64,000 bases of DNA from Actinomycetota bacterium (GTDB lineage: Bacteria; Actinomycetota; Actinomycetes; S36-B12; UBA10799): the NCBI GenBank assembly GCA_020637055.1, contig JACJWR010000001.1, forward strand, positions 101,237 through 165,236, read 5' to 3'. Below, piece after piece: positions 36,498 to 45,816 of the stretch (position 1 is the first letter of the stretch; every line of letters starts with the position of its first letter). The translations under genes and the position numbers were made by a program. The notes under the pieces are model-generated. The model was not told the DNA's origin. It did not search any database and saw only the letters and a list, made by a program, of their open reading frames with translations.

Positions 36498-36836
36498 TTA
36501 GGGGTGGGCGGCCTCGAAGGCGGCGATCACATCGGCGGGAATCCGACCCCGGCTGTTGACCGGCAGTCCCTCGGCGGCTGCCCAGGCCCGGATCTCTGCG
36601 CTGCGGGACGTGCCGGCGGAGCCTTCCCCGGCGCGTCCCCTGCGACCGCGACCCCGCTTGGCGGTCTGCCGCCGGCCGGCCTCCACATAGGGCGCAAGCA
36701 GGTCGCGCAAGGCCGCCGCGTTCTCCTCCGTGAGGTCGATCTCGAAGGTGTCGCCGTCCAACCCGAAGGTCACGGTTTCGGCGGCCTCTGAACCGTCGAG
36801 GTCGTCCACCAGGATCGTCTGGGTGCGAATCGCCAT
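36498..36836 (-). CDS. lsr2: Nucleoid-associated protein Lsr2
   Basis: MAIRTQTILVDDLDGSEA...TVTFGLDGDTFEIDL dimerisation domain, RGRGRRGR linker, IRAWAAAEGLPVNSRGRIPADVIAAFEAA DNA-binding domain. Confidence 0.93.
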   Translation of the reverse strand: MAIRTQTILVDDLDGSEAAETVTFGLDGDTFEIDLTEENAAALRDLLAPYVEAGRRQTAKRGRGRRGRAGEGSAGTSRSAEIRAWAAAEGLPVNSRGRIPADVIAAFEAAHP

Positions 36837-36857
36837 GAGTTCCACTTTCGTTCGGGA

Positions 36858-36875
36858 GCGAATCAAACGATTCGC
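36858..36875. promoter_or_regulatory. Perfect palindrome GCGAATC-AAAC-GATTCGC in the lsr2 leader/promoter region
   Basis: 7-4-7 inverted repeat 22-39 nt upstream of the lsr2 ATG, inside a 153-nt intergenic stretch of about 50% GC (77/153 by hand count). Confidence 0.4.
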
Positions 36876-36989
36876 CTAATCGATTGCCAAACGTTTTCGT
36901 CGGCCAGAATAGCGCCCGTGATTGACACTTTCCCAACAAACTTGATCTTGACCCTATAGCGCTTCCGGTGGAATCCGCAGGGAATTCAC

Positions 36990-37559
36990 CTACTCGAACA
37001 GGCGATCCGGTTTGCGAATCCGCAACATTCGGTGATTTCCGAGGGTATTCGGCTTCACCCGCTCGAGGTCGAGGAACTCCGCCACACCTTCGTCGTACGA
37101 CTGCAGCAGCTGGTTGAAAACCTCGTGGGTCACCGGGGTGCCATCGATCTCGACGAAACCGCGCCGGCCGAAGAACTCCTTCTCGAACGTCAGACAGAAG
37201 ACTTTCTCGACCCCCAAGGCGTCGGCCCGGGCCAGCAGGGCCTCCAGCAGCGCACCGCCCACACCCCGGCCCGCCACCGAGGGGTGCACCGCCAAGGTGC
37301 GGACCTCCGCGAGGTCTTCCCACATCACGTGCAGCGCTCCGCAACCGACCACCTCGTCACCCGCCTGGGCGACCACGAACTCCTGCACGTCTTCATAGAG
37401 CGTCACCGTCGCCTTCGCCAACAGGTGCCTGCTCGCGGTGTAGCGGTCGACCAACGACTTGATCCCCGGCACGTCGGCCGTGGTCGCGGTTCGAATCATC
37501 ACCGCCGGACCCATCGTCGGCCCCGACCGCGGCGGTGCCGGTCGCTGGTGATCGGTCAC
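36990..37559 (-). CDS. GNAT family amino-acid N-acetyltransferase
   Basis: MIRTATTADVPGIKSL..., acetyl-CoA site LAVHPSVAGRGVGGALLEAL. GTG 37559 overlaps the coaX stop (GTGA); ATG near 37499 (MIRTAT) is an alternative. Confidence 0.75.
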   Translation of the reverse strand: MTDHQRPAPPRSGPTMGPAVMIRTATTADVPGIKSLVDRYTASRHLLAKATVTLYEDVQEFVVAQAGDEVVGCGALHVMWEDLAEVRTLAVHPSVAGRGVGGALLEALLARADALGVEKVFCLTFEKEFFGRRGFVEIDGTPVTHEVFNQLLQSYDEGVAEFLDLERVKPNTLGNHRMLRIRKPDRLFE

Positions 37560-38317
37560 GGCTGTGCCATGTTCTTGGCGAAGACCAAAGCGAGCCCGAT
37601 CAGCGTCAACTCCGGGCGATGTGCGGTGATGGTGCGGGATTCCGGCACGACGATCTCAGCCAGCCCGCCGGTGGCGATCACGTCACCGACCCCCGCCACC
37701 TCGCTCTTGATCCGATCCACCAGCCCATCGACCTGCCCGGCGAACCCGTAGAGCGCCCCGGACTGCAGCGCCTCAACGGTGTTCTTGCCGATCACGCTGC
37801 GGGGACGGACCAGTTCGACCTTGCGCAACTGCGCCGCCCGGGCGGACAAAGCGTCGAGCGAGATCTGGATGCCCGGTGCGAGCGCCCCACCCAAGAAATC
37901 ACCGTTGGCCGACACCACGTCGAGATTCGTGGACGTGCCGAAATCGACCACCACACACGGACCGCCGTAGAGGTGATGGGCGGCCAGGGTATTCACAATG
38001 CGGTCGGCGCCGACTTCTTTCGGATTGTCGGTGAGCACCTGAACCCCGGTCTTCACCCCCGGTTCAACAATGATCCGGGGGAATTCGCCGTAGTAAGTGG
38101 CAAGCATCGCCCGCATTTCGTGCAGCACCGCCGGCACGGTGGAGCACATGGAAACTCCGGTGATCCCGGTGTTCCCGAGCAGACCGCGGAAGGTGAGCAT
38201 CATCTCGTCGGCGGTGGACCTCGGATCGGTCTTGATCCGGAACGAATCCACCAGGCGATCGCCTTCGAACAGGCCGAGCACGGTGTTGGTGTTACCCACG
38301 TCGATGGCCAGCAGCAT
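37556..38317 (-). CDS. coaX: Type III pantothenate kinase
   Basis: MLLAIDVGNTNTVLGLF, VVDFGTSTN, ATGGLA motifs. Confidence 0.92.
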   Translation of the reverse strand: MLLAIDVGNTNTVLGLFEGDRLVDSFRIKTDPRSTADEMMLTFRGLLGNTGITGVSMCSTVPAVLHEMRAMLATYYGEFPRIIVEPGVKTGVQVLTDNPKEVGADRIVNTLAAHHLYGGPCVVVDFGTSTNLDVVSANGDFLGGALAPGIQISLDALSARAAQLRKVELVRPRSVIGKNTVEALQSGALYGFAGQVDGLVDRIKSEVAGVGDVIATGGLAEIVVPESRTITAHRPELTLIGLALVFAKNMAQP

Positions 38318-38321
38318 CCGT

Positions 38322-39203
38322 TCAGACCTCTCTCAGGTCGGCACCGATGTCGAGCACCGGCGCCGAGTGGGTCAACGCTCCGACCGCGATGTAGTCCACC
38401 CCGGTCGCCCCCACGGTCGAGGCGTCGGCCAACGTCAAACCGCCGGAGGCCTCGAGGATCGCCCGGCCGGCGTTCAGGGCCACCGCCTCGCGCATCTGAT
38501 CCGGAGTGAAGTTGTCCAACAGCACCACATCCGCGCCCGCCTCCAGCGCCTCGGCCAACTGCGCCAGGGAATCCACCTCGATCTCCACCGGAAGGCCGGG
38601 GAAACGCTCCCGCACGGCACGGAAGGCAGGCCCGACGCCACCGGCGGCGATGACGTGGTTGTCCTTCACCAGCGCGGCGTCCGAGAGGCTCATCCGGTGG
38701 TTCACCCCACCGCCGCAGCGCACCGCGTACCTCTCCAACCGACGCAGCCCGGGAGTGGTCTTCCTGGTGTCGCGCACCTCGGCCGTCGTCCCGGCGAGGG
38801 CCCGCGCCCAGGCCGCAGTGGCCGTCGCGACACCGGAGAGGTGGCCCAGCAGGTTCAATGCGGAACGTTCAGCGGTGAGCAGGCTGTGCGTCGGGCCCAC
38901 CGCGCTGAGCACAAGACGACCCGGTTCCACCGTGTCGCCGTCCGTCGCGGCCAGGGTGACCTCGACGTCACCGGCACGCTCCAGCACGACGGCCGCCACC
39001 GGCAGGCCGGCGACGACGCCGTTGGCCCGGGAGACGAAGTCGAGCACGCTGAGTTGTTCGGGTGGAACGGTCGCCACGGTGGTGACGTCGATTCCACCGT
39101 CCAGGTCCTCGGCCAAGGTCCGGTCGGCAAGGTCGATCACCTCGCGGGCGTCGATTCCGGCCGCGACGAGATCCCCGGAATGGTCGGTCGGTGTGCGGAC
39201 CAT
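38322..39203 (-). CDS. nadC: Nicotinate-nucleotide pyrophosphorylase (carboxylating)
   Basis: RKTTPGLR, ERYAVRCGGGVNHRMSLSDAALVKDNH, LLDNF, ASGG motifs. Confidence 0.92.
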   Translation of the reverse strand: MVRTPTDHSGDLVAAGIDAREVIDLADRTLAEDLDGGIDVTTVATVPPEQLSVLDFVSRANGVVAGLPVAAVVLERAGDVEVTLAATDGDTVEPGRLVLSAVGPTHSLLTAERSALNLLGHLSGVATATAAWARALAGTTAEVRDTRKTTPGLRRLERYAVRCGGGVNHRMSLSDAALVKDNHVIAAGGVGPAFRAVRERFPGLPVEIEVDSLAQLAEALEAGADVVLLDNFTPDQMREAVALNAGRAILEASGGLTLADASTVGATGVDYIAVGALTHSAPVLDIGADLREV

Positions 39204-40871
39204 CTACACGTTCACCTGCCCTTGCTCGGCTGCCATCGTCGCGAGCGGTTCATAGTCCACCGCCAGGGTCCCGTCGGGGCGCAGCCGGGTGAGGATGCGC
39301 CGACGCCAGTGGTCGTCATCCCGGTCATGGAAGTCTTCCCGCCAGTGGGACCCTCGGGTCTCGCACCGCAATTGGGCTCCGGTGGCGATCGTGCTGGCCA
39401 CTGTGAGCAGATTCGTCGTCTCCCACGCAGGAGTCCCCGGCTCGTCGCCTTGGGGCAGCGCGGCGAGTCGCCGCTGCGCCTCCCCGATGGACTGCTCCGA
39501 CCGCAGCACCGACACCCCGTCGGTCATGGCCCGCTGGAGTTCCGTCCGGGCCGCGGGGTCGGTCAAGCCGGCCGCGGTGGGCTTCTCCACCGGTTCGGCC
39601 CGCTCGGGCAGGCCCGACGCGAGCAGTTGGCCGATGCGATCGGCGAAGACCAAACCCTCCAACAGGGAATTGGAGGCCAACCGGTTGGCCCCGTGCACAC
39701 CGGTGCACGAACATTCCCCGCAGGCGAACAGCCCGCCCACGTTGGTGCGACCCCAGGTGTCCGTGCGCAACCCGCCGGAGGTGTAGTGCTGGGCCGGGCC
39801 GACCGGCACCAGATCCGTCACGGGGTCTATCCCGTGGGTGCGGGTGCTGGCCAGGATCGTCGGGAACCGGTGGGTCCACATGTCTTCGGAGAGGTGCCTG
39901 CCGTCGAGCCAGACGTGCTCGCTGCCGGTGGCGCGCATCCGTCGCATGATCGCCTTGGCGACCACATCGCGCGGCGCGAGTTCGGCCAGCGGATGTTCGT
40001 CCAGCATGAACCGCACACCATCGTCGTCGACCAGATACGCCCCCTCGCCGCGCACCGCCTCGGAGACCAGCGGCTGTTGGCCGACGGCTTCGCCGCCCAA
40101 CCACAACACGGTGGGGTGGAACTGGATGAACTCCATATCGGCCGCGATCGCACCGCCGCGCAGGCCGAGCGCCACGCCGTCACCGGTGGCCACCGTGGGG
40201 TTGGTGGATGCGCTGAACACCTGTCCGATGCCGCCGGTGGCCAGCACCACAGCCGGTGCGAGCACTGCACCCACGCCGTCCTGCTGGCCTTCCCCGATCA
40301 CGTGCAGGGTCAGACCTTGCACGTTGCCGCGCACATCGGTCAGCAGATCCAGCGCGAGGGCGTGTTCGATCACCGTGATGCCTGGATTTTCGGCCACCTC
40401 GGCCACCATGGCCCGCACGATCTCCGCGCCGGTGGCATCGCCGCCTGCGTGGGCGATCCGACGGCGGTGGTGTCCGCCCTCCCGGGTGAGTGCCAGGCCG
40501 CCGGCGGAGTCGCGATCGAACTGGGTCCCCCAGGCGAGCAGGTCGTTGATAGCTCGGGGACCGTCGTTGACGAGGACGTCGACGGCCGCCACGTCGCACA
40601 GCCCGGCACCGGCCACCAACGTGTCCTTGCGGTGGGCGGCCGGGGAGTCGTCGTCTGCCAGGGCCGCCGCGATACCGCCCTGCGCCCAGGCCGTGGATCC
40701 GGCGGTGACGTAGGACTTGGTGACCACCAGCACCGACAATCCGGCTCGCCTGGCGTGCATGGCGACAGCCAGCCCGGCGATGCCGGAACCCACCACGATC
40801 ACGTCGGCGGAACGAGTCCAGCCAGGGGTGGGTGCGACCAGCGAGGTGGGCAGCCGGGGAACGCCCGTCAT
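39204..40871 (-). CDS. nadB: L-aspartate oxidase
   Basis: DVIVVGSGIAGL FAD motif, HYTSGG, ACGECSCTGVHGANRLASNSLLE. Stop abuts the nadC start (TAGATG); ATGA overlap with panC. Confidence 0.93.
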   Translation of the reverse strand: MTGVPRLPTSLVAPTPGWTRSADVIVVGSGIAGLAVAMHARRAGLSVLVVTKSYVTAGSTAWAQGGIAAALADDDSPAAHRKDTLVAGAGLCDVAAVDVLVNDGPRAINDLLAWGTQFDRDSAGGLALTREGGHHRRRIAHAGGDATGAEIVRAMVAEVAENPGITVIEHALALDLLTDVRGNVQGLTLHVIGEGQQDGVGAVLAPAVVLATGGIGQVFSASTNPTVATGDGVALGLRGGAIAADMEFIQFHPTVLWLGGEAVGQQPLVSEAVRGEGAYLVDDDGVRFMLDEHPLAELAPRDVVAKAIMRRMRATGSEHVWLDGRHLSEDMWTHRFPTILASTRTHGIDPVTDLVPVGPAQHYTSGGLRTDTWGRTNVGGLFACGECSCTGVHGANRLASNSLLEGLVFADRIGQLLASGLPERAEPVEKPTAAGLTDPAARTELQRAMTDGVSVLRSEQSIGEAQRRLAALPQGDEPGTPAWETTNLLTVASTIATGAQLRCETRGSHWREDFHDRDDDHWRRRILTRLRPDGTLAVDYEPLATMAAEQGQVNV

Positions 40872-41716
40872 GTCGGCCTCAATTCGATAGCGCAGTTGTC
40901 CAGCAACCGGGTGGTGCCGAGGCGAACTGCGACCAGCAGCCGGCTCGGCCCGGCAACCGGCGCGGGCTCGAGGTCGGGCGCCCGAAGCTCGAGGTAGTCA
41001 ACCTCGAGGCCATCGAGTTCCCGACCTGCCACAGCCAGCACCCCGTCGGCGTCGGCACCGGCCTCGGCTGCCCGGCGGGCAGCCGCAAGACTACGCGGGA
41101 CCGCAGCCGCAGTCTTGCGTTGCTCCGACGTCAGGTAGATGTTTCGGGACGACCTGGCCAGGCCGTCGGCCTCCCGCGCGGTGGGCACCCCCACCACCTG
41201 CACAGGCAGGTCGAAGTCGCGCACCATGGTTCGGATCAACACGAGTTGCTGGTAGTCCTTCTCGCCGAACAGGGCGATGTCGGGGTTGGTGATGTTGAGC
41301 AGTTTCAGCACTACCGTGAGCATCCCGGAGAAGTGACCTGGGCGCTGGTCGGATTCCAGCCCATCGCCGGCACGCCCGGGAACCACCCGAGTCTGCGGCT
41401 CCCGGTCCGGATACATCACGGTGCCGGAGGGGGCGAAGACGACATCCACCCCCGCCGCCCGGCACGCCTCCACATCGGTGGTGAGGGTCCGCGGATACGC
41501 CTCGAAGTCCTCGCCCGCGCCGAACTGCAGTGGGTTGACGAATACAGTCACCCAGACTTCGCCGAACGGACCCACGAGCCGGCGGGCCTCGGCGACCAGG
41601 CTCAGATGCCCGTCGTGCAGGGCACCCATCGTCATCACGACTGCCCGCGGACGCCGCCGCCGGGCGCGCAACTCGCCCACCTCGTGGACAACCGCGGTCG
41701 TGCTGCCGTCACTCAT
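40868..41716 (-). CDS. panC: Pantoate--beta-alanine ligase
   Basis: TMGALHDGHLSL (HIGH-like), VFVNPLQFG, GEKDYQQ. Start ATG 41716 overlaps the upstream stop (ATGA); the rest of the 581-aa ORF-track entry is out-of-frame shadow. Confidence 0.92.
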   Translation of the reverse strand: MSDGSTTAVVHEVGELRARRRRPRAVVMTMGALHDGHLSLVAEARRLVGPFGEVWVTVFVNPLQFGAGEDFEAYPRTLTTDVEACRAAGVDVVFAPSGTVMYPDREPQTRVVPGRAGDGLESDQRPGHFSGMLTVVLKLLNITNPDIALFGEKDYQQLVLIRTMVRDFDLPVQVVGVPTAREADGLARSSRNIYLTSEQRKTAAAVPRSLAAARRAAEAGADADGVLAVAGRELDGLEVDYLELRAPDLEPAPVAGPSRLLVAVRLGTTRLLDNCAIELRPT

Positions 41717-42597
41717 GGCCGGTCGCTCCTCGACAACACGTCCAACAGCGCTTCCGCCTTCGCCGGGGGGAGCAGACCGGCGGCCAAGGCCCGATCCGCG
41801 GTCAACCGCGCCATCGCCAAGTAGGCGGTGCGCGACTCGCCGGAGACCGCAGCCAAGGAATCCAGGTGCTTCTCGACGGTGGCGGCATCCCCCCGCACCA
41901 CCGGTCCAGTCAACGCGGGGTCGCCGTGGCGCAGCGCGTTGTCGAGGCTCGCCGACATCAGCGGACCGAGCATCCGGCCCGGGTCGGCGACGCCGGCCCG
42001 CTCCAGCAGGTCCATGGATTGCGCCACCAGGGTGACCAGGTGGTTCGAGGCATTCGCCAGGGCCGCGTGGTAGAGCGCACGGTCTTGTTCGGCCACCCAC
42101 ACCGGCTCGCCACCCATCTCCACCACCAGAGCCTCGGCGACCGGTCGCAACACTTCCGGCGCGGTCACGCCGAACGGGCACCCGGCGAGCCGCGACAGGT
42201 CCAGGCTGGTGCCAGTGAGGGTCATCACCGGGTGCAGCGCCAACGGCAACGCGCCGGCCTTGGTGGCCGGAGCCAGCACGGACACTCCGTACCGCCCGCT
42301 GGCGTGCACCAAGAACTGCCCGGGCTGGATCTGATCCGACTCCGCCAGACCGGAGATCAGGCCCGGCAACACGTCGTCGGGAACCGTGACGAGGACGAGC
42401 TCGGCCGCCTTCAGCACTTCCGGCACGGTCATCAGCGTGGCCTGCGGGATCAGCGCCTCCGCCCGCAGCCGACTCGTATCCGATACCGCGTGCACCGCCA
42501 CCACCCGATGCCCGGCCCGATCCAACGCGGCCGCCAGCACCGACCCGGCGCGGCCCACGCCCACGACTCCCACCGTCAGGCGGGGAGGTGCCTCCAT
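41713..42597 (-). CDS. Rossmann-like/DUF2520 domain protein (Rv3603c-like, putative oxidoreductase)
   Basis: VGVVGVGRAGSVLAAAL dinucleotide fold; C-terminal LTGPVVRGDAATVEKHL typical of DUF2520. ATG 42597 or GTG 42606. Confidence 0.75.
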   Translation of the reverse strand: MEAPPRLTVGVVGVGRAGSVLAAALDRAGHRVVAVHAVSDTSRLRAEALIPQATLMTVPEVLKAAELVLVTVPDDVLPGLISGLAESDQIQPGQFLVHASGRYGVSVLAPATKAGALPLALHPVMTLTGTSLDLSRLAGCPFGVTAPEVLRPVAEALVVEMGGEPVWVAEQDRALYHAALANASNHLVTLVAQSMDLLERAGVADPGRMLGPLMSASLDNALRHGDPALTGPVVRGDAATVEKHLDSLAAVSGESRTAYLAMARLTADRALAAGLLPPAKAEALLDVLSRSDRP

Positions 42598-42671
42598 GCC
42601 ACGCACCTTTCACTGGGTCATGCGATCGCCGGGTCGGCTGGATCCGAAGCAGAATCTATGCGATTCCGACG

Positions 42672-44156
42672 TTACCGGTCCGGCTGACCGGGGTGGTCGG
42701 CCGTGGCCGGATCGGGTTGCGGCTCGGCATCCGCTCCGGCCGAAGGGAGTGGCAGATCATCGAACGGCAGTTCCGGCTGTTCGCCCGCAGCCCCGTGGTC
42801 GGCCGGATCGGGTGTCGGAGCGCCCTGTTGACGCCCCCATCTGACCGAGTGATCCGCGAGCGCCGCCGCCCGCATCCGGGCGATCTCGGAGACGATGACC
42901 TCGCCTGCCTCGCCGATCCCCCGGTGCAGGGCCACCGGCTTGACCGGGCCGGGGACCACGTCGAAATGCACGCTGGCAAGCCCGAGCGCCCGTTCCCACG
43001 GACCTTGCGTCATGCGCACCGACTGCACCCGGGCATGCGGCGTGACGGTGGTGCGGCGGGTGAGCCAACCGCGGCGTGACACCACGACTTCGTCGTCGGC
43101 GCCCAGCCCGAGGTTGCGCCATTGGAAGGGCGATCTGCGACGGGCTTGGGGCGGCGCCGGCTCGAGCGGGAATCGGACTACGTCCACCCCGGGCAGCACC
43201 CGTCCGATGACCTCGGTGGCGACATCCCAGGTGGCCACCGGCAGCAGCATCGCCGATGATCCGCCGTTGTCATCGTCGGAGGAGGCGCTCTGGGTGCCCG
43301 CGACGGTGATTCGCACCATCACCCAGCGCGACCTGCGCCACAGCACGGGTTCGACGAATTCGATCGATGCCACCCGACCGGGTGGGACCGTGTGGGCCTG
43401 CACCCCCAGCAGGCCGAAGCGGGTGCGGAGCCCGTCCGGGCTCTGCGCCACCGTGAAGTTGAAGTAGGCCGCGAAGAACCCGAACATCGTGAAGAAGGGA
43501 ACCGCCAGCAGGAACAACAACCCGAACCCCAACCAGCCGCCGGTGACGAAGGCGACCACGATCACGACCAGGAAGATGAGGAAGGTCAGCCAGACCCCGG
43601 TGTTGAGCAAGGCCGCTTTGGCCAGGATCGGATTGGGCACCTGCACCAGAACCGTCTCGGGCGCCTCGCCGGCGTCGGGCCGTACGCCGGCCGCCCGCGC
43701 CAGCGTCTCCGCCCGGAAGGCCTGCGCGTCGTCCACTGTCAGATACGACAGGGTCACCCGGGAATCGCCCGATCCGGCGACCTCGACCTTCACCACGGCC
43801 ATGCCGAACACACGCGCCAGCAGCGGCTGGGCCACGTCAACACTCTGCAGCCGGGATAGTTGCAGCCGGCGCTCTTTGCGCTCCAGCACCCCCGAAGCCA
43901 CCCGCAGATCGCCATCGCCGTCGAACCAGAACTCGAACCGGGTCCACTGCAGGTAGGTGATCCCGAAGGCCAGCGCCAGCACAAGCAGGGCGATACCGCC
44001 GCCGAAAAGCACCGCCCGGAAGTCGAGGCTGCCCAGCGAACCGAAGAATTGCAGGACCGCGACAACGACCACCACGGCCGCCACCCGTACCGCGTTGACC
44101 AGCGGGGTGATGGGTGCGGTCCGCCGTCGGGGCGTCGCGCCGGTTGATTCAGACAC
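42672..44156 (-). CDS. Membrane protein with three bacterial PH (bPH_2) repeats (YdbT-like)
   Basis: Three repeats of the pattern G.L.R.....L.R.QSV....P...R..G...V.V, separated by TM hairpins; acidic/Pro-rich C-terminal tail. Confidence 0.75.
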   Translation of the reverse strand: MSESTGATPRRRTAPITPLVNAVRVAAVVVVVAVLQFFGSLGSLDFRAVLFGGGIALLVLALAFGITYLQWTRFEFWFDGDGDLRVASGVLERKERRLQLSRLQSVDVAQPLLARVFGMAVVKVEVAGSGDSRVTLSYLTVDDAQAFRAETLARAAGVRPDAGEAPETVLVQVPNPILAKAALLNTGVWLTFLIFLVVIVVAFVTGGWLGFGLLFLLAVPFFTMFGFFAAYFNFTVAQSPDGLRTRFGLLGVQAHTVPPGRVASIEFVEPVLWRRSRWVMVRITVAGTQSASSDDDNGGSSAMLLPVATWDVATEVIGRVLPGVDVVRFPLEPAPPQARRRSPFQWRNLGLGADDEVVVSRRGWLTRRTTVTPHARVQSVRMTQGPWERALGLASVHFDVVPGPVKPVALHRGIGEAGEVIVSEIARMRAAALADHSVRWGRQQGAPTPDPADHGAAGEQPELPFDDLPLPSAGADAEPQPDPATADHPGQPDR

Positions 44157-44158
44157 GG

Positions 44159-44659
44159 TCAGATCCCCGCGCCGCGGGACTCGCCGGCGGCCGCGAGCCG
44201 GTCGCGCAGACCCGAGGCTTTCTCAGGTGTGAGACCGGGGATGGTCGCATCAGTCGTCGCCGCAGCCGTGTGCAAGCGGACCGTTGCGATTCCGAAGGCC
44301 CGATCCAAGGGCCCCGCCACCACATCGACCAACTGCAGCCTGCCGTAGGGCACCACCACCAGGCGGCGGAACAGGATGCCGCTGGTCACCAGCAGGTCCT
44401 CGGAGCGCTCGACGTAGCCGTAGGACCGTACCCGCCGACCGATCAGCCACCACGACCAGACCGAGCCTGCGATCAGCAGCACCAGCAGCAGCACCGGGAT
44501 CCAAGCAGGGATCGGAGCCGCCAACCAGATCACGACGACGATCACCAGCAACACCAGACTGACGACTCCCTGGGTCAGCCGCCGGACGGTCACCAACTTC
44601 TCTGACAACCGCACCCAATGCTCGGTTTCTGGCCGGAACGTGTCGTCGATTGCGTCCAT
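44159..44659 (-). CDS. Membrane protein with a single bPH_2 domain (YdbS-like)
   Basis: Two TM helices, then DLLVTSGILFRRLVVVPYGRLQLVDVVAGPLDRAFGIATVRLHTA. Start ATG 44659; stop is 2 nt from the YdbT-like start. Confidence 0.75.
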   Translation of the reverse strand: MDAIDDTFRPETEHWVRLSEKLVTVRRLTQGVVSLVLLVIVVVIWLAAPIPAWIPVLLLVLLIAGSVWSWWLIGRRVRSYGYVERSEDLLVTSGILFRRLVVVPYGRLQLVDVVAGPLDRAFGIATVRLHTAAATTDATIPGLTPEKASGLRDRLAAAGESRGAGI

Positions 44660-44679
44660 GCGCTCCAATCTAGGCCACG

Positions 44680-45816
44680 ATGAACACCATGGAGCGCATC
44701 CGATGGGAGCTGCCGCGCAGCAACCGCCATCCGGCCGCGGCCGGTGGGCTGATGCTCGAGCTGGAAGTGGCCGACGGCCAGGTGTGCCGGGCGGATCCGA
44801 TCCCCGGGCGCGAGCACCGCGGTGCCGAGAAGCTGTTCGAGTCACGGGACTACCGATCGTTGCTGGCCCTGGCCAACCGGCACGACTGGCTCGGCTCGTT
44901 CACCTCCGAACTCGGCCTGGCGCAGTTGCTGGAGGCCTTCCTCGGCATCGAAGTGCCCGAGCGAGCCCGCTGGATCCGCACCCTGCTGGCCGAATACACC
45001 CGAATGGCCCATCATCTGCTGTGGCTTTCGAGCACCCTGGCGGAGTTGACCGGGCCGGCGTCACCGCAGGCGATGGGACCGGTGCGAACCGGCCACCTGG
45101 CGCGGCGCCTGGTGCTGGATGGGATCGAGTCCTACAGCGGCACTCGGATGCACCCGATGCTGGTGGCGATCGGCGGCCTGCGAGCCGACTACCCGGACGG
45201 GTGGCTGCACGAGGTGCAGCGAAGCCTTCCGCCGGTGCTTGACGCCGCGGCGGTACTGCGCGAGACCTACCTGGCTGAGGATCTGGGATTGACCGGTCTG
45301 GCTCCGCTGAGCCGTTCGGCGGCCTGGGACTACTCGACCTCGGGTCCCGTGGCCAGAGCCAGCGGGGTCGGCTTCGACCTTCGCCTCGACCGTCCCGACG
45401 AGTGCTACCAGGCGCTGATCGACGCCGGTTCGCTGCGACGGGTGGAGAGCACAGCAGGCGATGCGCAGACCAGACTGCTGGTGCTCACCGAGCAATTGGC
45501 CGTCAGCGCAGACTGTGTGCGGCAGTGCACCGAGGTTCTGGCGGAGTTCGACGACGGCGAGCCGGTCAACGTCGACCTGCCGCGATCCATCCGGTTGCCG
45601 GAGGGCCACGGCTACGCCGAGACGGAGAATCCGGGTGGAATCAACGGCTGGTATCTGGTCTCGCGCGGCGGCACCCATCCCTACCGGGTCAAACTGCGCA
45701 CCGGCTCCTACAACAACGCGGCAGCCATGGCAGCCGCCCTCCCCGGCACCACGTTGGAGCAGCTGCCGGCCGCCGTGTTCAGCTTCCTGCTGCTCGCCGG
45801 CGACGTCGACAAATGA
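44680..45816 (+). CDS. Orphan NuoD-like protein (Complex I 49-kDa / NiFe-hydrogenase large-subunit fold), probably non-catalytic
   Basis: 378 aa aligning by eye end to end with NuoD/Nqo4: HRGAEKL (vs HTGFEKT), EVPERARWIRTLLAEYTRMAHHLLWL, RMHPMLVAIGGL, AETENPGGINGWYLVSRGG..YRVKLRTGSYNN, C-terminal AGDVDK (vs MGDVDR). No other nuo genes in the window. Confidence 0.75.
   Translation: MNTMERIRWELPRSNRHPAAAGGLMLELEVADGQVCRADPIPGREHRGAEKLFESRDYRSLLALANRHDWLGSFTSELGLAQLLEAFLGIEVPERARWIRTLLAEYTRMAHHLLWLSSTLAELTGPASPQAMGPVRTGHLARRLVLDGIESYSGTRMHPMLVAIGGLRADYPDGWLHEVQRSLPPVLDAAAVLRETYLAEDLGLTGLAPLSRSAAWDYSTSGPVARASGVGFDLRLDRPDECYQALIDAGSLRRVESTAGDAQTRLLVLTEQLAVSADCVRQCTEVLAEFDDGEPVNVDLPRSIRLPEGHGYAETENPGGINGWYLVSRGGTHPYRVKLRTGSYNNAAAMAAALPGTTLEQLPAAVFSFLLLAGDVDK

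Noticed and set aside
36922-36927. Perfect TTGACA hexamer in the lsr2 upstream region
   Set aside because: It is on the plus strand, pointing away from lsr2 into the antisense of the GNAT gene, with no suitably spaced -10. It is likely incidental to the AT-rich composition.
40868-42613. 581-aa ORF suggesting a large fusion protein ending in PanC
   Set aside because: The N-terminal ~300 aa are Arg/Gly-rich and overlap the DUF2520 gene out of frame. PanC begins at the ATGA-coupled ATG 41716.
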